Shown piece by piece: positions 52,247-64,000 of a DNA stretch of 64,000 bases (the stretch's first letter is position 1; each line of letters opens with the position of its first letter). A program made the position numbers and the translations under genes. Source of the stretch: Amoebidium appalachense (taxonomy: Eukaryota; Protista; Ichthyosporea); the NCBI GenBank assembly GCA_963693365.1, contig CAVNZM010000001.1, positions 14,122,418 to 14,186,417 on the forward strand, given 5' to 3'. Under the pieces are notes generated by a model that worked only from the letters and a program-made list of their open reading frames with translations, had not been told where the DNA came from and ran no database searches.

Positions 52247-52863
52247 TAGCGATACCATGTGACAGAGCCAATATGTATGGACACAAAGAGAATATATTTG
52301 GATTTAGAAGATGGCGTTGGTGGGTTCTTTTTCATTTGTCCCTGCTTCTATATCTGAATTATATATTAAGTTCCCTTTTGGTCTAACTTCTGCTTTCTTC
52401 CCCTCACTGCTTTGTTCCCTCTAAGTTCCTCCTTCAACCCCCCCCCCCCCCCCCCCCCTCCCCCTGCCCCTCTGACTGCTGGTGGGCAGGGGGACCGCAT
52501 GTTTGTAAAAGTTGATTCGAGTGCTTCTGTTCGGGGGGAGAGGAAGGGTGGAAAAGTAGCCGGACAAAAGTAACTGTTGCTGTTTTGTCTCACAATAGTG
52601 AATAGAGAAACGTGACCTAATTATCATCAGTGTGATAACTAATGATTTTGCCTGAATGTATGGTCTAATATGTACATAATAATGAACAGCATCCTACTGC
52701 AGTCGACTCACATGCATGAGGTATGCCTAAAGGCGTTTACGTACTGGATGCGCAAGGGTGCCTGAGTACCTATGTCGTTATATTTTGTATTAAAGTTGCC
52801 CATATGACACAAGTCCAATGATTATGCAATTGGGTGATCCATGGGCTGGATTTCTTTCCAGGA

Positions 52864-52898
<35 letters not shown>

Positions 52899-52907
52899 CA
52901 CACACAT

Positions 52908-52955
<48 letters not shown>

Positions 52956-52967
52956 ACACACTCACAG

Positions 52968-53013
<46 letters not shown>

Positions 53014-53642
53014 ACCTCTCTTCTTCTCCTCCTCCATCCCCCCACCCCCGCTCCATCCCTACATCAATTTCGCTTTTGGGGGGGAGTAGGGATTGGGGTA
53101 GGGGGTGAAAAATGGTGGGGAAGAGGGGAGGCAGGGAAAAACGGGGAATTTTTGTCCTGGGGGCGCGTTGGGGGGGGGGGAGGGGAAGGGGGGGGGGGGG
53201 GGGGAGGTGGCATATTTTTAGTACAAACCAGCATGTAGTTTTATTAGGTTGGGAAAAGGAGAAGGATGGAGAAAGATGGCCAGAAGAAAAGAAACGAAAA
53301 TGGTCGTATTAAAGGTACGGAATAGATTTTGTCAGATGAGAAGGAGAAGAGGGAAGAATGAAGGGAAGCAAGACCAGGGGGCCATGCGCAAGTTGGGGTG
53401 TGTGTGCATATGCAAGTGCCCAGGTATGTGTGTGTGCGCGTGCACACGCAAAAACGTGTAAGAGCGCGCGCGCGCGTGTGTATGCACGTACCCACTTGTA
53501 TGTCTGTGTGTGTAGTGTACGTGTGCGCCTGCCCTTGCTTCTGTGTGTTCGCATGCGTGTGTGGCTGGCACTGTATGCACTCCCAGGGCATGCGCACGTG
53601 CAGCGTGTGCACGCGCTCAAACTGCAACTGCATTTTCTCTTC

Positions 53643-53674
<32 letters not shown>

Positions 53675-54380
53675 TTCCCAGCCGAAAAAACACCCACCCC
53701 CAACCTGCCCTGTTCCCCTACCACCCACCAACTTGCACCGTCCCCCTACCTCCCACCTCATTGATTATTCTTCCCATGGAGGATTTGTGTGTATAGGCCC
53801 ACGTAAATGGTCTCTCACGTGCACGACAGCGTTCCTTAATCAAATTGTCGTTTTCTCTGTGCAAATGTGCAAATCAGGTGAAGGGGACGGATGCCAAGAA
53901 AGCACGAGAGACAAGTAGGGATGATAGGACAGGACGGGCGAGTTGCATCCCGGGGGGAGGAAGGGGGGGGATGATTGGATAAAGAGAGGGCGGTGGTGGT
54001 GGTGGGTGGGTCGGGGGAGGGGGGGGGCAGGGGGAGGGGAGGGGGAGGGCGGGGGTGAGGGGGTGGGTGGGGGTGGGGAGGTGGGGGGGGGGGGGGGGGG
54101 GGGGGGGGAGGGGCGGGGGTGAGGGGGGGGGGGGGGTGGGGGTGGGGGGGGTGGGGGTGGGGGGAGGGGGAGGGGGAGGGGGGGGGGGGGGGGGGGCAGG
54201 ATGCCGGGTTCCTGTGTGTGTTTAAGTGTAATAATTTTTTTTTGTGTACGAACTACGCCCAATTTATGTAAGCATTGTATTGCTCAAAGCCACACTTACA
54301 GCTCGCTATGTCATATCATACTGCCTGAGTGCGGCGCTTCAGAGCCGCAGGGAGCCACGGCGCCAAAATGTTCCAGCCAT

Positions 54381-54588
54381 TAGTCTGAGCTGTCACCTAC
54401 TGAGGTGACTCGTATTTTTCCTTACACACACAGCGAACACTGGACTCTCGGGACCGTAGAGCCGCCGCGAGAGAAAGCATGCACGCGGTCGCAAGAGTGT
54501 AAGGAAAAATAGATATCGATGGGTGTGAGGCGAACGGCAAGTTCATAGCAGCCCAGACACCGTCAGTACGTGCCAGTAGTCTGAGCTG
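54381..54588. other. Structured intergenic element (hairpins plus direct repeats), identity unknown
   Basis: Perfect 15-bp inverted repeat 54413-54427/54497-54511, inner CTCTCG/CGAGAG stem, 7-bp hairpin 54392-54409, and 12-bp direct repeats TAGTCTGAGCTG at 54381 and 54577. Confidence 0.55.
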
Positions 54589-55468
54589 CTGACGTCAATT
54601 TTCAACCGGTTCCATTGGTTATGTCAATCCGTGAGGCCTACGTTCTTGGATACAAAGGTTTGAAGGCTTTTTTTTTTTTCGGTGGCAGCTGCAGCCAGCC
54701 TTATACGTTTTCCGTCTCTCGCCCCACGCATTCACAGCGGCGTAAACGGACTCGTTGTCTTTTCCCCGTTAGACCATTTAAAAACACTAGTAGGACCCTT
54801 TACCTGTCACCGCCCAATTTCCTTACTTCTTTGCGGCCACCATCCAGCGCACCTAATTCGCAACAGCCAGTTCACGTGACAAGGGTGGGAAGGGGCAGCC
54901 ATTTCTTTATCTCCTAGCGACACACATCCTTTCTCTTCTAGAATCAGAAGCAAGGTGCACCACCTCCTCAGGTGATAGAACCAGCAACACAGAGCACCGC
55001 CGCATTCACCACAACCCCATACCCGCCTTGCACTCGTACACACACACACACCATCATGTGAAGCCTTGTTACAACGTTAGCTGCGTGGACTCATGGCCTA
55101 TACGTCCGAGTGTCATTGCCATCGGATGATCCAGCCGCGGATCCGGGATTCGGAACCAAGTGAAACAGGCGTATGCCGTCGCTGTGTGCACAAATCTTTT
55201 TACATCTTTTGCACTGTGAGAGGGTTTTCTTATGGTGAACCTGTTTCATAAACATATAGGAAAATGTTGCTGCAGTTTCGTATGCATATGAAACTGTGTA
55301 CACGTGCATGGGCCACTGAGGCTGCTGGCTGTAAGGGGGCCAGGGGACCGGCCTGGGAGCCTATTCGCAAATTCGGGACAATGTTACAGCCTACTAGTAA
55401 TTATATGACGGTATGATGTGTTTTGTATTACGTACCATGGTACCAGTCGGGGTTTGGGGTGGCATGGT

Positions 55469-55528
<60 letters not shown>

Positions 55529-56266
55529 CAGGCCTCCTCCTGTGTACGTGTGTACGTGTGTGTGTATAGTATGTGTACATGAGGTATATAACCGTAATGT
55601 TGTGGTGCACGTCTGGCATGTGGTCTTATGTTAGGGCTCGAACAAGTTCAACCCTGGGCCCCCTTTAGAAGACTCAGAGGCTTTCAAACCTGGGCTGATA
55701 TATTACAGTAGATGTCTCACTCGTGACACCAGAGCACATTGTCAACCCGGATCCCGAAAACAAAAATACCGAAAGTTTATTAGCAACCACCTCGGTGCAC
55801 TTCTTCGATAATCATTGTTAGGTTCATCTATATACTACATGTTGAAGGAACACAAAAGGGCAAACTCCTAATGCAAAACATGCAAATGGCAGCCTCTGAT
55901 ACGTATTCAGTTATAAACTAACTGAAAAAACAATGTAGTAGTATGTGAATCAAGGATGCCTATTGATTAGACATATTACTACAAATGCAGTAAAGCTCCC
56001 CAGACTTCTCTCTGTGCGACTGAACGCACACACAACGCCCTGCATGGGCATGTGGTTGATTGTGTTTGTTTGTCAGTCTGTGTGTGTGGCTGACATGTGC
56101 ACGTGTGTGGGCTCAGAGTAGTCTGTGGACTGAGTCTACGATCCTGGCCAAAAGGTAAAATAATATATGTAAACGCTGCCATATGAACTTAAACTTGTTT
56201 TTGTTGTTTTATATGGGTGTATGTGAAGCTGGGGGGATGAGGTAAGGCCGGAGTGAAGAGGGGAGG

Positions 56267-56312
<46 letters not shown>

Positions 56313-56370
56313 AGACGATTATATTGGAAAAAGTCATGTAGAAGTAAATCCGATCGATTGCAATCGATGA

Positions 56371-63367
<6,997 letters not shown>

Positions 63368-63514
63368 TTTCTATTCTCTAATCTTGCGATTACGAGTAGG
63401 TTTTTGTGCGAGAGGGCTCTGATTACAGTTTTCGAGCAGTTTTCGGGTGTTCAGCGCCGTTTGACCTTGTCACGCAAAAAAATGCGACGGAGGAGAGGAG
63501 GATAGTGATTATTG

Positions 63515-63549
63515 ACCAATCAGAAGACAGATAGAAGAAGGTTGCCAAT
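63515..63549. promoter_or_regulatory. Candidate CCAAT boxes upstream of the epimerase gene
   Basis: GACCAATCAG and GCCAAT lie 150-180 bp upstream of the ATG at 63367 in repeat-free DNA. An ATTGG lies about 55 bp upstream of the PDCL3 ATG. Confidence 0.35.
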
Positions 63550-63921
63550 AAAGGCAAATATAATTTAGGTAGTAGCCGTATTTGGCAAGTAAATTTGTCT
63601 GTGAATGTTTGCGCAATCGATCATCCACGCAGTCCAAAGGCCTCGGAACATCCGAACAGCTTTTCTATTTATTTTTTTTTAGGGGTGAAAACTTGGTTTT
63701 CTAAGTGAAGTCGAACATCATCCGGCTTCAAGGAGGGGAGGGAGGGGGGGAGGGGGGGGGAGGGGGGGGGAGGGGGAGGGGGAGAGAGAGAAAGGGTGGG
63801 GGGGAGGGGGTGGGAGGGAGGGGGGGAGGGGGGGAGAGGGGGGGGGGGGGAGGGAGAGAGAGGGGGGGGGGGAGAGAGAGAGAGAGAGAAAGGGTGGGGG
63901 GGGGGAAAGAGAGAGAGACAG

Positions 63922-63967
<46 letters not shown>

Positions 63968-64000
63968 AGAGGGGAGGGAGGGGGGAGGGAGGGGGGGGGG

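Noticed and set aside
54375-54600. RNase P/MRP RNA (CTCAGACTA resembles the P4 3' strand)
   Set aside because: There is no GGAA-type CR-I motif at a suitable position and the CR-V spacing does not fit.
55330-55666. Imperfect inverted repeat AAGGGGGCC(C)AGGG as transposon TIRs
   Set aside because: It is short and G/C-rich with no evident target-site duplication, which is expected by chance in this composition.

Overview
Intron-rich eukaryotic DNA, probably from a unicellular eukaryote; a holozoan relative is plausible but unproven. It is saturated with (C)n/(G)n, (CA)n/(GT)n and (GA)n tracts, so almost all ORF-track entries are low-complexity artefacts. Reading splice sites by hand gives seven host genes: a phosducin-like PDCL3 (-, runs off the left edge), a PH-domain/proline-rich adaptor (-), a ~1100-aa type II membrane protein fusing an unannotated GT-A-like domain to a PL38-type polysaccharide (alginate/glucuronan) lyase (+), class I fructose-bisphosphate aldolase (+), a small orphan GPI-type surface glycoprotein (-), TTC33 (+) and a glucose-6-phosphate 1-epimerase (-). 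Mobile DNA includes a 5'-truncated chromodomain Gypsy element and a TTAA-flanked piggyBac-type MITE. The most notable repeats are at least nine copies, in four related subfamilies, of a short variably 5'-truncated element. Each has a (C)n tract at its fixed 3' end, shares part of a conserved stem-loop motif, and lies in an intron in the host gene's sense orientation. The top leads are this (C)n-targeting retroelement system, the poly(C)/CA-rich splice-site architecture it appears to exploit, and the glycosyltransferase-like/lyase fusion protein. All calls come from manual reading; no database search was run.
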